Shown in pieces: positions 12,274 to 26,098 of a stretch of 64,000 nucleotides of DNA (within the stretch, counting starts at the first letter, position 1; each line of letters opens with the position of its first letter). Below the pieces are notes generated by a model. It saw nothing but the letters and a program-made list of their open reading frames with translations. It had not been told where the DNA came from and did no database searches. Source of the stretch: Lingula anatina (taxonomy: Eukaryota; Animalia; Brachiopoda). Position numbers and translations under genes: made by a program. Location of the stretch: contig CM120640.1 in assembly GCA_051362555.1 (NCBI GenBank), positions 61,482,788-61,546,787 of the forward strand, in the 5' to 3' direction.

Positions 12274-15200
12274 TAGTCCGTGGGCCAAATACCGAAACCC
12301 TCCCCCCCCTTAGTGATTTTCGTTCACTATGTTTTTCTGATAGCTTAGGTCCTTAGCTTTTATTTTCTGCTTGTTTGCCATTAAACTGGTGGTGGGTGTG
12401 GGTGCTACAGCCGTTGCCATGGTAACACACGGGTTAAAAATTGACATTTCTGAGCCCAACAAAATCTAAAATATTTCAAATACATAAACTAAATAGAATT
12501 CAAAATCGTTCTAGACATGTGGTCTAAGATGTGCACTATACCTAACGATGAACAAAATTTTCCAAGATGGCGGCAAATTCAAGATGGCGGCCAATTTTTG
12601 CTGTTTTTTCAGAAATTTGGATAATTTTTAATTTTTTAATTCTTATTTAATTATTAAATAATTGCAATATCTGGGATATTTTGATGCACCAGTGTAGCAT
12701 GGAATCTCTACTTTCTGCCTGTAGTGTTTGTTCAAGGTGCAATCTTTTTATTGAGATGAAAAATCCTGAAATCCAACATGGCTGCCACAAAACAAGTCTT
12801 TTACATGTAGCTGTCCTGTCTGGAAATATGACAGATTTATCATCCCAAATTAAGTTCTTCATTACTTTTGGTGCACTGAATATAAAAACAGAACCCTTTT
12901 CAATTACTTGACTTAATTTGGATTACAGTATGGCTTTCAAAATTCAAAATGGCCGCCAATGACCGTGAATTTACATCTTTGTAACCAGTAGACTAAAATA
13001 TGACAGCAATATTCCTAATTTTATCTTAAGTTTGGATGAATACTTATGTTTTAATATTGCTTATCACTACTAGATGTGTGGTCATGCAAAATGATTAAAA
13101 AAAAGAAAGATCAAATGGTCAACAATAACCTAGACTAGATAAAAGACCTATAATACCCCCCCCCCCCAATAAATGCAAGTCACTCACATTTGACCTAAGA
13201 AATCACACAAAGTTTCATGTACATGCTAATCACTCACATTTGACATGGGAAAGAATACTTTTGAGTTGAAATACTAATGTATTCTGTCGCATTTGAAAGA
13301 AATGGCTGTCAATGAGTATAGGGGACTATATATTTGTGGTCAATATTATACACTCTTGCTTAAAAATTGATTGAAAATTATATTCCAAAAGAATGTTACT
13401 TAGATTGATTTTGTTAACCTGAATCCCCCTTTATCGACTTTTATTTACTATTATATATATCGCTTACATCCTAAGATCCCATTTTCTGCTTGTTTTCTAT
13501 TCAATTAACCCAGCCATTGCCATACTAATACAGGGGTTCGAAATTGACATTTCTGAGACTAAGAAAATTTCATACATTTCAAATATATTAACTTCAACAA
13601 TAATGTAAACTTAAGAAGACAGCTGCATTCGTGGTATGATGGCAAAACATTCTTTGAACATCCAAGATGATGTGATTTTTTTCAAGATGGCAGCAATATC
13701 AAAATTGCGGCCGGTTTAAGCTGATTTCTAAACCTGTTTCTACTGTAAGTAACTAACGTTGAAAATTTAATAAATTTAATGGGATCGAGAAATGTTAAGT
13801 ATTTTGATATCCATATGGTATTTAGTCTTTACTTACGGCTTATAGTGTTTGTTATTCCTATAATTATCATTTTAAGAACAAAAAAAAAAAAAAAACTTGA
13901 AATCCAAAATGACCCCAACAAATCCTGGGTGATTTACTTTGGTATATATTACTGTCCTATTAAACTTCTAATATTGTATATTGTTCTCCGAAATTGCCTT
14001 CTTTTATTCTTTTGTATTTGTTGCTACCTTTTGATGTATTGAATTTGAATAATATGAAGCCAAGATCGTGAACATTTGTAATAACTCAGTATGGTCTACA
14101 AGTATTTAAATTATCGTGCGGTAGATGGCTGAAATTATTTGATCATCTCTTACCATCTATTGGGCAAGTTCAATGACACAAAATAGTCTGATTTTGAGTG
14201 AAAGGCAACTAGTTTGCAAATATAGATGGCGATTTTGCATTTCTATAAATTATATTTTAAGTAAAATGTTATAAAAAATTAAATTATATATTCAGTTGAA
14301 GTTAGTGGATATATTGATTTTTCCACAACGTGGATATAATTGTACCTCTCTAGCAGTTTGAAGCTGAGTTATGGCATATACATGTAAAAGTTTTATTCCA
14401 TTTATTCATATAGATGAACACCATCTTAGATTGTAACAAAAACTCAGTTTCAGAGGTAAAAGCAAATTTTAATTGGCTTTCCAGTGAACATTATTCATGA
14501 AAAAAGACTACAGCCAAGACATTTCATCCATTTCCAAAAAGCCTTAATCCTAAATATTTAACTAAATGTGGACAAGTGTTTCCGTGAAAGCAGTGTAGAA
14601 AGGGCATATTTGATTATAATTAACTGCACAAATTTTAGAATTATTTGTTTGTTGCACTGTTTAATATTATTGCAGCAAAATTCATACCTGCACTGTCATG
14701 GCCATTTGTGGCCATGGTGAATTTTGGAATAGCCAAGTAAATATAATTTGGCTGAAAATGAATAGAAATGATTTATATTTAGATAATATCCTAATAGGTT
14801 AATTCAGTTTATCAGAAAGAGCACAAGAGGCATTTTGAAACGAAAATGTAATATATATTCGGTCAGCACAGCAATATGTATGAACCCTGTTTTGTGATGG
14901 CCACCATGGGTTTTAGGTTTTATTACACTTAAAAAAGAGGATATAGGAGTAACAAACACTGTAAACAGTAATTATGCAATTCTGTTCATATCAGCATATC
15001 CAAAAACCTAACATTTTTTCAATTCCAATGCTGCTTTCAAAGTTCACAAAAAGCTACTTTCAGGAATAAGAAGAAAATTAACATAAATCTATCGTCATCT
15101 TGGATTGGCTGCCATTTTGGCAATTGAACTACGATAATTTTTTCAAATAATTTTGTTGATAACTGAGGTCCAAGTCTAATTTTTTTAAAAAGTTTACAAT

Positions 15201-16883
15201 ACAGCGAGATCATATATTTGAAATACATGGCAATTTTAAGGTCTCAGAAATTATAATTTTAAAACCCCTGTGTTACTATGGCAACAGCTGAATCTGTCAC
15301 ACCTTTCACCTATTACATGGCAAACAAGCAGAATATTTGAACTTAGGGCCCAAGCTATCAGAAAATCATAGTAAAAAAAATTGCTAATAGGGCTGAGCTA
15401 GCTTGAGTTTATTAAATTTTATTTTGTATTGGAATAATGTATTATATCATTTCATGTGTAAGCAAATTGGCGGCCATTTTGAATTTCGAATGTCATAATG
15501 CAATCTGAATTAACACAATTTATAGAAAAGGGTCCTAGGTCCATATTCAGTACACCTAAAAGTAATAAAGAATGTAATTTGGGGTGATTAATGTGGCATC
15601 TTTCCAGTTAGGACAGCCGTATGTAAAAGACATGTTTTGTGGCAGCCACCTTGGATTTCAGGATTTTACGTCAAAATTAAAAGGTTACATCTTCAACAAG
15701 CACTTAAGGCAGACAGCAGAGGCTTTTTACCATTATGGAACATCAAAACACATGCCACATTGCAATTTCTTAATAATTAAATAAAAACTCAAATATAAAA
15801 AATTCCCAAAATTATTAAAAAATGAGCAATAATTGGCAGCCATCTTGAATTTGCTGCCATCTTGGGACATTTTGATAATTGTGAAGTATAGCACACTTCT
15901 TAATTTACACATCTGGTATAATTGTGAATTCCATGATTTTAAATGCATTTTGAATATTTAATTTTTATTTTTGGTCTCAAAAATATCAATTTTCAACCCC
16001 AGACATTACCATGGCAACAGCTCTGTTACTCATACCCACCACCAGGTTAATGGCAAACAAGCAAAAAATAAAAGCTAAGGGCCTAACCTACCAGAAAATA
16101 ATAGTAAACAAAAATCACTAATGGGACTAAGTTGGTGGGAGATAATTTAAATAAATATTCTGTTGGAAGAATATATTATATCAATTTTAGCCAGTGTGTA
16201 TAAGCATATTGGCGGCCATTTTGAATTTTGAAAGTCTTAATGTAATCAGAATTAATGCAAATTGTTTTAAAAAGTCCTAAGCTCGAATTCAGTTTATTAA
16301 AAGTAATAAAGAATGACACTTTGATGATAAATCTGGCATCTTTCCAGTTGGAACAGCAGACTTATATTTTGGCCACCATTTTGGATTTCAGGATTTTACA
16401 ACAAAATCAAAAGGTTTCATCTAAAATAAATACTGTAGGTAGCAAGAAGAGGTTGTATGCTATTCCGGCGCATCAAAACATATCCCACATTCTTATTCCT
16501 TTATTATTGAATAAAAACTCAAATATGAAAAATAATTGAAATTACTCAAAAATTAGCAAAAATTGGCCGCCATCTTGAATTTACAGCCATCTTGGAATAT
16601 TTTGAGGATCATAAGTATAGTGCAGCTCTTAAACTATACATCTGAAAGGATTTTGAATTCCATTCACTTAACACATTTGAAAAATTTAATATTTTTTTGG
16701 TCTCAGAAATTTCAATTTTTTATCTCAGACGTTACCATGGCAACGGCTGTAGCACACACACCCACCACCAGTTTAATGGCAAACAAGCGGAAAATCAAAG
16801 CTTAGGACCTAAGCTATCAGAAAAACATAGTGAACGAAAATCACTAAGGGGGGGGAGGGGGGTCTATATTGGCCCATAGACTA
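12274..16883. mobile_element. Non-autonomous Academ-like DNA transposon with long (~690 bp) TIRs
   Basis: Termini TAGTCCGTGGGCCAA and TTGGCCCATAGACTA (TAG...CTA), with TTT on both sides (3-bp TSD). 12274-12960 is an inverted copy of about 16205-16883. No long ORF. Confidence 0.7.
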
Positions 16884-19800
16884 TTTGTATTATTTGTATA
16901 GTATTGCACTGTACTGTAATAGCGTGCGCTAGGTAATTCAAGTTCTCTTACCCTACACACGTTGCACGTCGCACCCATTTAACCCCCTCCCCCCCTTTTT
17001 TCTTTTTTTGTTCCGCTCAGGAAAAAAAATCAGAAAACGTCAAAAACATGTGTTAGGTCAAAGAGCTCAGACTATTAGTTCGTTTCTGCTTTGATTTTGT
17101 TTACTTAGATCTACCACTTGAAGTTGAAGCCGATTCTGCGACGCTCTCACTCTCACATTTTTAAAAACTTCTCCATGCAGCTTGATGATCCACATGCATC
17201 ACGTTTTCTCCCGGAAGCGTCAACTGCGCAAAATCGCAAGACGTAAGTTCTCTACTTCTATGGTGAAACGAAACAGACAGCATTTCCTATACTTCGTCAA
17301 AATCCGGCGCGCAAACGAAGGCTAGATGCTTTCAAAAACGACAGCGAGACTGTGAATACGTCATTACGGAATTCCCCAACTTCAACCAATCACGATTATG
17401 AGAGTGAAAACGAGGTTAGCAGTAAGGGTAATCCCATGAACTTCCCTGTAAATTTTGGCATACGAGTCAGACTTAAATTGAGTCTATATTTTGCCGATAA
17501 ACTTAATACAGTAAGTTGACATAAATCGCCAAAATGGCGACTTGCACCATAATTTTCACTCGCCAGATTTAATTTTAACTCGCATTGGCGAGCTGGCGAG
17601 TGGGAGTGTCAAACGCTGCAGGGGGTTGCTTTTTCTTTTTCCTTTTCCTTTGAAACCACTGGTGCATTCTTCCCATGAGGAGACGTAGAACCCCAGAATT
17701 TGCTCCTATAGAGATGTTGCACAAAGTAGAATATATTTTGGGAGTTTCCATTCACCCCTCATTGCTGCTGTAAATAGACAAGCTTTGTTGTCTTCTTGGT
17801 TGGCTCCTCTGGCCACTGGTTATGACAAGCCAAAGGGGAAATAATTGCAGAACATGTTTATCACAGCCCAGAACCAATATATAGTATTCAGAAATATGAT
17901 TTCAATGCCAAAAATGATATCTATACACATATCAGGAAGTATTTTTATACTTCAGAAATGATTTCATCTTCAGAAATATCCTACATCATAGATAAGAAAC
18001 ATTTATCATTCATAAGAACTGAAGTTCATGTTGCAGAAAAAAAATCACATCAGAATATTTTAGAACATGCCAGGAGACCACGTGACCAAGCCGGTGGCGT
18101 CATTGACATGTGACCAAGCATGGCGAACGAATTCGACGGTCTGTTGACAGAATTGCGGCATAACGCCACATTCCTGGATGTAGGGCGATTGTCAATAAAC
18201 TTCTGATTCTGGTAACAAACCTTTTGGCGATATCATGTCTCGCAGGCGACAAACACGTTATCCTGACAATGAAATTGACTTTCTGATGTCGCTACCTCGG
18301 TTTGCTGGTGAAGCTGATGTGCAAAGGAATACAGTGGACTTGATTACAGCTGAATAGATCTAGGCCTTTTCACATTGATGACAGCGTGAGAACAGATGAT
18401 TTAACTGTTTTACTTGATTTATTACTTTATCACATTCTGGCTTTTCGAGAGCATTTTCAGGAAAGGGCTTCTTACTTAGAAAGCCCTGGTTCTAATACTG
18501 TCACTGACCATGTCCATGCTGACGACACTGGCACGGAGGACACTAGACACAGTTTATCTTGCACTAGGCCAACTGAATCAGTGCCTGGCCGTCCAGTAAT
18601 CGACATTAACCCTTGTCAAGTTGAATGTATGAGAGAAATGGGGTTCAAATGGAGGTCCATAGCTAAAATTATGAGTATAAGTGAAAGAACTGTCATGAAG
18701 GTTTTTTTGATAATTTCAATGTCGAATATAGCTGTGTGTCTGACGAAGAGCTGGACAATATATTGAGATGTATAATGGAAGTAAGTGAACGATCAGGAGA
18801 AACTCTTATGATTGGGGCCTTAAGAACCCGAGGTAAGTTCCCTGTCTTTGGTCTACCCCTATATTAAGCCCATGATAATAGGTCCTGGCTATAAAACAGT
18901 ATTATTGGAAGATACTAAGATGAAATGAACTTGAATGGTAACTGCTAGTAGTCTAGCTGTTGAAACCCTACTGTAGAAACATTGTAAATTCTGATATTGA
19001 CTCAAGGTTTAAGTAGGCCCACCTGAATTAAAATTTGCTTTCCACTAAACCAAACAAAACTAAGCATAACTTATTTTTCTTTTGCAGGTATCAGAATACA
19101 GAGGAGAAGAGTGCGTGAATCTCTCAAGAGGATCGATCCAGTGGGGAGGGCTCTTAGCAGGGTATGAAATTCGTGAAAATTTGAAGCCGGACAGCAGGGC
19201 TGGCAACTTTGAATAGTAGCCAGCCCTGACCAAAAGTAGCCAGTCCTGAATTTTTTTTTTTGAAAATTGCCTAATTAAATCAATTGCAGGCAAGAATGAT
19301 ATTAAAACAAAGACTCTTAGTCTCAAGGTGAATTTATTCAAGTATAGATTCTTCACTGTCAGCATCTGAAACATTATGCTCTGAACCCAAATCGGAAAAG
19401 TCTGATTCACTGTGACTGTCATAATCAGAGTCTAGGTTTGGATCCTCGGGTTTCTGGACATCTGGTGCAGCAGCATCTGCCTCTGCCTTTAAGTATCTCA
19501 TTTCATCTGCAGCAGGCCTTTTGCGATGACCTCTGCTGACAGACCTCGGGGAATAAAGGCCGCCGTCTTTTCTGGGTGTTCCAGCAATGTATGGCAGGGG
19601 TTGGGTCATATTCTGCTATCTCTGCAGGTCAGGAGTGCTGTCAGAGTGGAAGCCCTCAGTTTGTTTCTCAACTGGGTCTTAATGATTTTTAGTTGAGAGA
19701 AACCTCTCTCACATTCTGAGGTCCCTGCCGGAAGTGAAAGAATCAAATCCATGACCTTCAAGATGTTAGCATACTTTGGTTGATACAGACTATTGATCGT

Positions 19801-20278
19801 CTCCCAAGACGAGGTGTGCACTTTGTGACTGAAAATAAATATGCATTACCTTTAATTGTTTTCATGTTATATTTCAACATAATGGAATGCAGTTTTATCT
19901 ATTTAATTGATATTTGAATGTCAGATCTTATTTATTTGATTTTAAATTTATATTTAAATTATTTAAAATTGAAAACACATTGTTGAGAGAATTATGGTTA
20001 TTGTTACAGTTAAGTATCCTTTCTAACTGAATTTTTATACTAATTTAGTTTTGAAGTTTGGTTCCAAGTTTCACCATTTACTATCTATCTCTATTTGCTC
20101 ATAATGATGTACATACTTTTCATAGAGGACATGTTTCAAAGAGGTCCATTCTGCATCCATGACAGCCAAGTCCACACTTTGCTGCAGATGGTTATTAAAG
20201 TGATCTACCACTTGTGCCAGCATGTCATTACCAAAATCTGTGAAATAGATAAAATCAGAACAAAAATATTAGTATACT

Positions 20279-23200
20279 CAAGGAGTTATAACAGAAGGAG
20301 ATTACACGCGTGGGGGCGGAGCCCGTATTACGGTCTCTCATTGGTCGGAATGAATAGAACCCAGAGAACAATGGATGCCTATCTCTGTTACGCTTAATTG
20401 TTGCTCTCGTTTAAATCTCGTTTGTTAGTATCTGTGCCTTCGTCTGTTGATTTTAGAGGACAGAAACAGAAACGGAGTCCCAAGTTTCTAAAAAATGAGA
20501 GAAATACAGAATTTATATGATATTACGTTGGACAAGGTTTTCAAAAAACAGGTAAGTGCTTTTAAATGCATAACTACTCGAAATATGAAGATAAATTGCA
20601 ACTTTTATGCCGTGGGGTCTCACTGTATAAGTGTCCAGCTCCACGTCGATCTCGCGAGGTGGTGTGTGGAGCATAAATATTGCACGAAAAATATTTCCCA
20701 CTCATAACAAGTGCTTATAAATATAGTATCAGATGAAGAAAGTTTGGTCTTTATGCGGTTGCAATTGTTAAGTAATTTGTGGCAATAGCAAAGAATAAAA
20801 CTTAGGTGCACTTTCAGTAGCCGAATAACAAGCAGATGCTTAAGCCGCCATCTTGTTAATATTTCGAAAAAAAATTACTCCAAAAGACATTTTCCTCCTA
20901 CTTTTTGAAACTTGTGTCACATGACAGTCATAAAATTTAACTAATTGTTATGTGTGCAACACACTTGCTTGAGCAGTATTGTTTTTTTTTTGCGATTTTA
21001 TATGTGGTCTAGCTTGGATACGACAATTGACAATTTTCATGAGTTCCGATCAAAAAGTGTTACGCTTTTTACGGCCAAAAGCCTTACCGCTTTTTGTACT
21101 TTTCAAATGCAAGATTATAAAAAAATTTGGTGTGTTTAGATTCTTGAACATCTTGGTCGTGGCGTGGTATATATTGCATGGATACTGCTCCAATATTTCT
21201 TGAAAAAAATAACCTGATTTGTTCAGAATACCAATTTTTTACTCTAGTGTTATGGGTAAATGTACCATTTTGGCCTTTACCTTTTTCATGTTTAAATCTA
21301 AAAAGACTTATCATGACAGTTGGTCATCATTTTTCTTCTCACCATGGTGGGTGGCTTTGGAGTGGTAACTTTGTTGTTAAAGTAAAGTGCTCAGTTTTTT
21401 TGACTGGAAAATTTTGCCTCCACCCAGCATTTTCCATCATGGCGGTCTAACAGGAAGTTTGACTTCATGGCATAGTTATTTTTAACTTATTTAGTCTTCT
21501 TTTTACATATATATGTTTTAATTCATATTAAACCTTTGAAAAATGAACACATGAATCCTGGTGCTTTTAATTTAAAGTCTTAAGTTCACCTAGGCTCCAC
21601 CAATTACTTTACCTGTTATCTCACTACACATCTCCCTTTGAGTCAAGGTGTGTAAGACACACCTTATTGTGTAAGACACCTCTATAATTAAGGGGTACTT
21701 GCTTCTCTACTTTAATTATACTTCACTACTTTGGCATGTTAGGTGGCAAGCTTGGATGTTTCAGTTCATTTTAAGAAAGAAGCTTTGCCTTGGTGGTTAC
21801 AAAAGAATAGAACTCTAAATATTTCATCTTGCAGTGTTGAAACAGAAATTCTCTCAAAATTGATAATGAATTTTACATGCATATCTTAACACTACTCAAG
21901 TTTTTTTTCTTTTATTATAGATATGGGAGAAGGCTGCATTGAATATATGAATTATGGTCAGCCTGGAAAAAATTAAAAAATGTCAATGAAAAAAGGAGGT
22001 CAGCGTGTCTGGGGTAAGTTACTTTTGTCATAATGCCTAAGATGCATTAAACATTCACTAACAACAGTACCCTTTTTAATTTTTTTTCAAAATACAACAA
22101 CCTTGGGCATTTTCCTTTTAGCAACCAAGTCTCTCTGAAATCCCCTTATTGTCCTGTCAGAAGAACCAGGGCGGATTTAAATAATTTCTTGTAATAAGTA
22201 CAATTTCTTTCAATTTCTTGGGGTTATTAGCTTGTGATCATGAATCTTGATATTCTACATAAATTTAGTTGTAAATTGTTCATTTATGTGGTGAACATTA
22301 TTTCAGTCAAGTCATAACAAGACACATTAAACTTCACTGCGTAATACCATAATGTCTACATGGATACTAGTAGTTCATAATGCTATTATTATGTTTTTTT
22401 TTCTAACCTACAGGTTTCTCTCTTTTCTGAGTGGCATGGCATTGGCAGGCAGAAGAAAAGGCCCTGAAGAAATTCTCACTTGAGTTGTCCTTTTTGGAGA
22501 AGAAACTGGATAAGACTGGCCAACAGAGATTGCATTAAATTAATAGTGCTCCTTCATGACATTTTAAAATATTTTCAGTCACCTAACTGACTCTATACAT
22601 TTCAAAAGTTGACATAAATTTTATGTTACTGTCACGTGGAAAAAAATTCAAAACCTATATATAATTTGTTGAGTGCCATGGTATAACAGTCTACTTGATT
22701 GCCAGTAAATTTTGGACTGTTAGTGAAATTTCTTTAAAGCAGTCACTTACTGGCCCAGTTAATTTTTTCAGCTGTAACATGTACTCCAGTTCATTTTATA
22801 AATGTTCTTATTAAGTGTTGTCTTGATTTATAATAACCTTTTGAAAATCCCATGTTTTTTATCCTATTTGTAAGAATTAGCCACTTTATCTTCTAGGGTT
22901 TTTTTTTTCATTCAGCTCATTAGATTCTCAGACCTTGCTGGCCTGTGAGTGGAATAGTATCTGGCACAGACTGGTATCAGCAAGTCAGATAAAAAAGAAT
23001 ATAATTATTTCTATTTGCACGGTTGAAAAAATTCCAACACAGCCTGCATAAAACTTGGAAAAGTATAGCAACTTAATCATTCTTATGACTTCATTAATTA
23101 CTGCTTATGTGTAAAATTTTGTTTTTGTTCTTCTATTGATTTAATAAAATGGTTTTACTCACAGATGCTACTATCATGATGCTTGAGTATATAGAGTTGA

Positions 23201-24110
23201 CTTAAAAGATATTTTAAGTTAATATAGTAAATAATAGTTTGAAATTCAAAATTCTCATCTTTATTTGTTTCACTTTAAAGAGCTCAGTTAATACTAAAAA
23301 TTCTGACATATTTTGTACATAAATATATTTATGAATGAATAGAAATTCTTAATGTTTAGCACTTTGCACTGGTTTACCGACAAATAAGAAGTGTTAGTAT
23401 GTGTCAAAATAATCCTGAAAATAAAAAGGGAGATTTCCAAGATAAAGAAATTTATAACGAGTATTTAGCAAACTGACATGTCGTGGCATTGCCTCAACCT
23501 TTGATTAAAATTTCACTTTAATGCATTATGATATTAAAATTATACCGAGGGAGAGAAAAAAATACTTAAAGAAATTTAAAACTAGTCACAAAGCTTAGGC
23601 ACTGTCTCAATGTATATGTTTATGGGACCAAAGGGCAGGGGGGTCCAAACGTTTATGTATTAATATTATGCCCTTTGGCAGTGAGGACAGACGTTCACTT
23701 GAATGTCATTTTTACAAACCACAGTTGGGACGTTTTCTGTTGACTTATCCTTGGTGATTTTTCACTGTGTTGTGCAAAAGAAAAGCCATCTATCACCGAC
23801 TCAAAAAAAAACTCATGGCGACCATCCTCAGTCACCACCTTATAATCGCTTTCTATGATATCGTTCCCTCCCAGCACATCGTCCAAATAACTACCTGTGA
23901 AAAAAATCGTCAGCATACAGCGCCGCTTTGACACTACTGATCTCGAATTCTAACGCGAAATAACGCATATAAAATCAATCTCCAAGCGGAGGAGAGCGAC
24001 CCAGACGAAACCTTGAGACAGGAGGCCCCCCGTAGCTAGCTCCGCCCACCGTAACAGACATCGGACAATAGAGAGGCTTGCGTGTAATCTCCTTCTGTTA
24101 TAACTCCTTG
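20279..24110. mobile_element. Non-autonomous P-element-like DNA transposon inside a hAT intron
   Basis: Perfect 31-bp TIR CAAGGAGTTATAACAGAAGGAGATTACACGC. GTATACT is duplicated at 20272-20278 and 24111-24117. CA...TG ends with a 7-bp TSD fit the P superfamily. Confidence 0.7.
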
Positions 24111-25391
24111 GTATACTTAAGACACTTATGTTACTCATGAAAAATGTCAATAAACCTTTTCTAAAAATATTTGAGGCAGTACTGTTCTTTAGGTGAATTT
24201 CTAAGATTATTTTTATAAGATTTGCAATAGTAACTTAGCAGAATTTACAACAGAAATGAACTGTTAATGCTGACCTGGAGCATCTTCAAATGTGGGAGGC
24301 CAAGACTGTAAATTGGCTATACGGGTGCAACTGAGTAGACCCTTGTCAATGACAGCAAATCGTTTATCCAAAGATGACACCAAATTATCCAGAACTTTCC
24401 TCTTTTGGGCTTCATAAGCTGCAGATTGCCCCTGTAGTTGTTCCCCTTGATACTTATCACGCACAGTCAGGGCAGCTTGTAGTCTCCTCATGTTCAGGCC
24501 AGGACTGAAAATACAAAGTTAATATCCCCACTAGTGCAAAACTGAATCAACAAGTCACTACATTTGTCTAACAAACTACAAGCAGGCACACACAATTTGC
24601 AGTGACCTGTACTTTAATTGTAAGCTTTCATCCAGAAGAAGCAGAAATGATAACATAAAGGAATAGTTTTTTATACAACACTATTAAATTTGCTGACCTG
24701 GTATGAAGGTTGATGATGTTGAGTGTGGTGGTTTCCAACTCCTGATGGACTTCATAAATACATGTCTGTCGCTTCTGTAGTGCCATGGACAACCTCACAA
24801 GAACAGCAACCAGATCTGTGAGAAAATGGGCAAAGAGCATTACATCTTTTGATCTCAGGAGCTTGATCAAGTGCTTGGCTTTGGATTGTACTGCTGATGT
24901 TCCACTGGGAGTACTAGCTACCTGTTGTAAGAAACAAAAAATAGAGTAGCATAATCTGAGATTCAGTAAAATTGACCATATCATTTACATTAATAATATC
25001 ACAAAAATTGATTGTGCTATTGTTAACTTTTTATTTACTTATGCCTATTATATAATATTAATTATAGTTATATGTTTAGATCTATGTTAATTGTTAAAAA
25101 ATACATCTAAATATCATCATTGTGATATTATATTGATGATTGACTATATTTGTCAGTTTATATGTTCTTGTTACAGGTTTACAGTTATTGTTATAACTTA
25201 AAAAAAAATAAAAAAATACACTTCCATTTGTCAATGTGAAAAATATGTACCTCATTCAGATGCAGGGCAAAGGCTTTGTAGCCTTTCCAGATTACATTCA
25301 GTGCTGTCATGGTGTGCCCAAGCCACCGAGTGCCACCAACTCTAGTTTGCATATAGTAGCAGGGATCTTCAGAGCCTCAAATGCTGCACAG

Positions 25392-26098
25392 TACGGAGCT
25401 TTGTTAGTATCATATTAACTTTTTTTTATTTTCATTTAAGTTTTATGTTATGGAATTTTCACCGCGGTGAAAATTATTTTCACCATAGTGAAAAATAATT
25501 TACACCGCAGTGGAAAATAATTTACACTGGGGTGGAAAATAATTTTCACCGCGGTGGTAATTCCTGGCCATCTCGGCCCGGGTAATGCATACATGTAGGT
25601 TATACGAATCCAACATTTACCAGATGTCTGGAAAGGATGTTGATAAAGACAAGCACATGCACATGTACGCGGTTTAACCGTCTATGTGCCAATCATCCCA
25701 GGAATCTGGAGGAAGCGGGCAGTATTCGAATAGATTAAAAATCACCGAAATGCTGCAATGTTGTACGTGGCTTTTCCCTTTATAATAACTTGCGTATTAT
25801 TGGGATTATTGGTAGAAAGAAACCTTTCCGAAGAAACCGAGATTACATCTGTTAAGATAAGATCTAAGAAACACATCACAAAAAATATTTAAAATTGCCT
25901 ATTCATCACCCGGGCCGAGATGGCCAGGAATTACCACCGCGGTGAAAATTATTTTCCACCGCGGTGAAAATTAATTCCCACCGTGGTGAAAATTATTTTC
26001 TCCGCGGTAGAAATAATTTTCACTGCGGTGAAAATTCCATAAAATAAAACTTAAATGAAAATAGAAAAAAGTTAATATGATACTAACAAAGCTCCATA
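25392..26098. mobile_element. MITE with IS3EU-type ends (TACGG...CCATA) inserted into a hAT transposase exon
   Basis: TIRs of about 190 bp. 6-bp TSD GCACAG at 25386-25391 and 26099-26104. Both arms carry arrays of ~22-bp palindromic units (TTTTCACCGCGGTGAAAA). Confidence 0.8.

Larger units (their letters stand above)
10667..17618. mobile_element. Non-autonomous hAT-like DNA transposon with a 5-bp TSD (CAGGG)
   Basis: Left end CAGTGTTTGACATTC and right end reverse complement CAGCGTTTGACACTC match at 13/15. CAGGG is duplicated at 10662-10666 and 17619-17623. Subterminal TGGCCA/TGGCGAG repeats are present, and an acidic C-terminal ORF remnant lies at about 11230-11345 (-). Confidence 0.65.

Noticed and set aside
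25455-26040. 22-bp palindromic repeats as a CRISPR or operator array
   Set aside because: The units are contiguous, lack spacers and are mirrored in the two arms of a TSD-flanked MITE.
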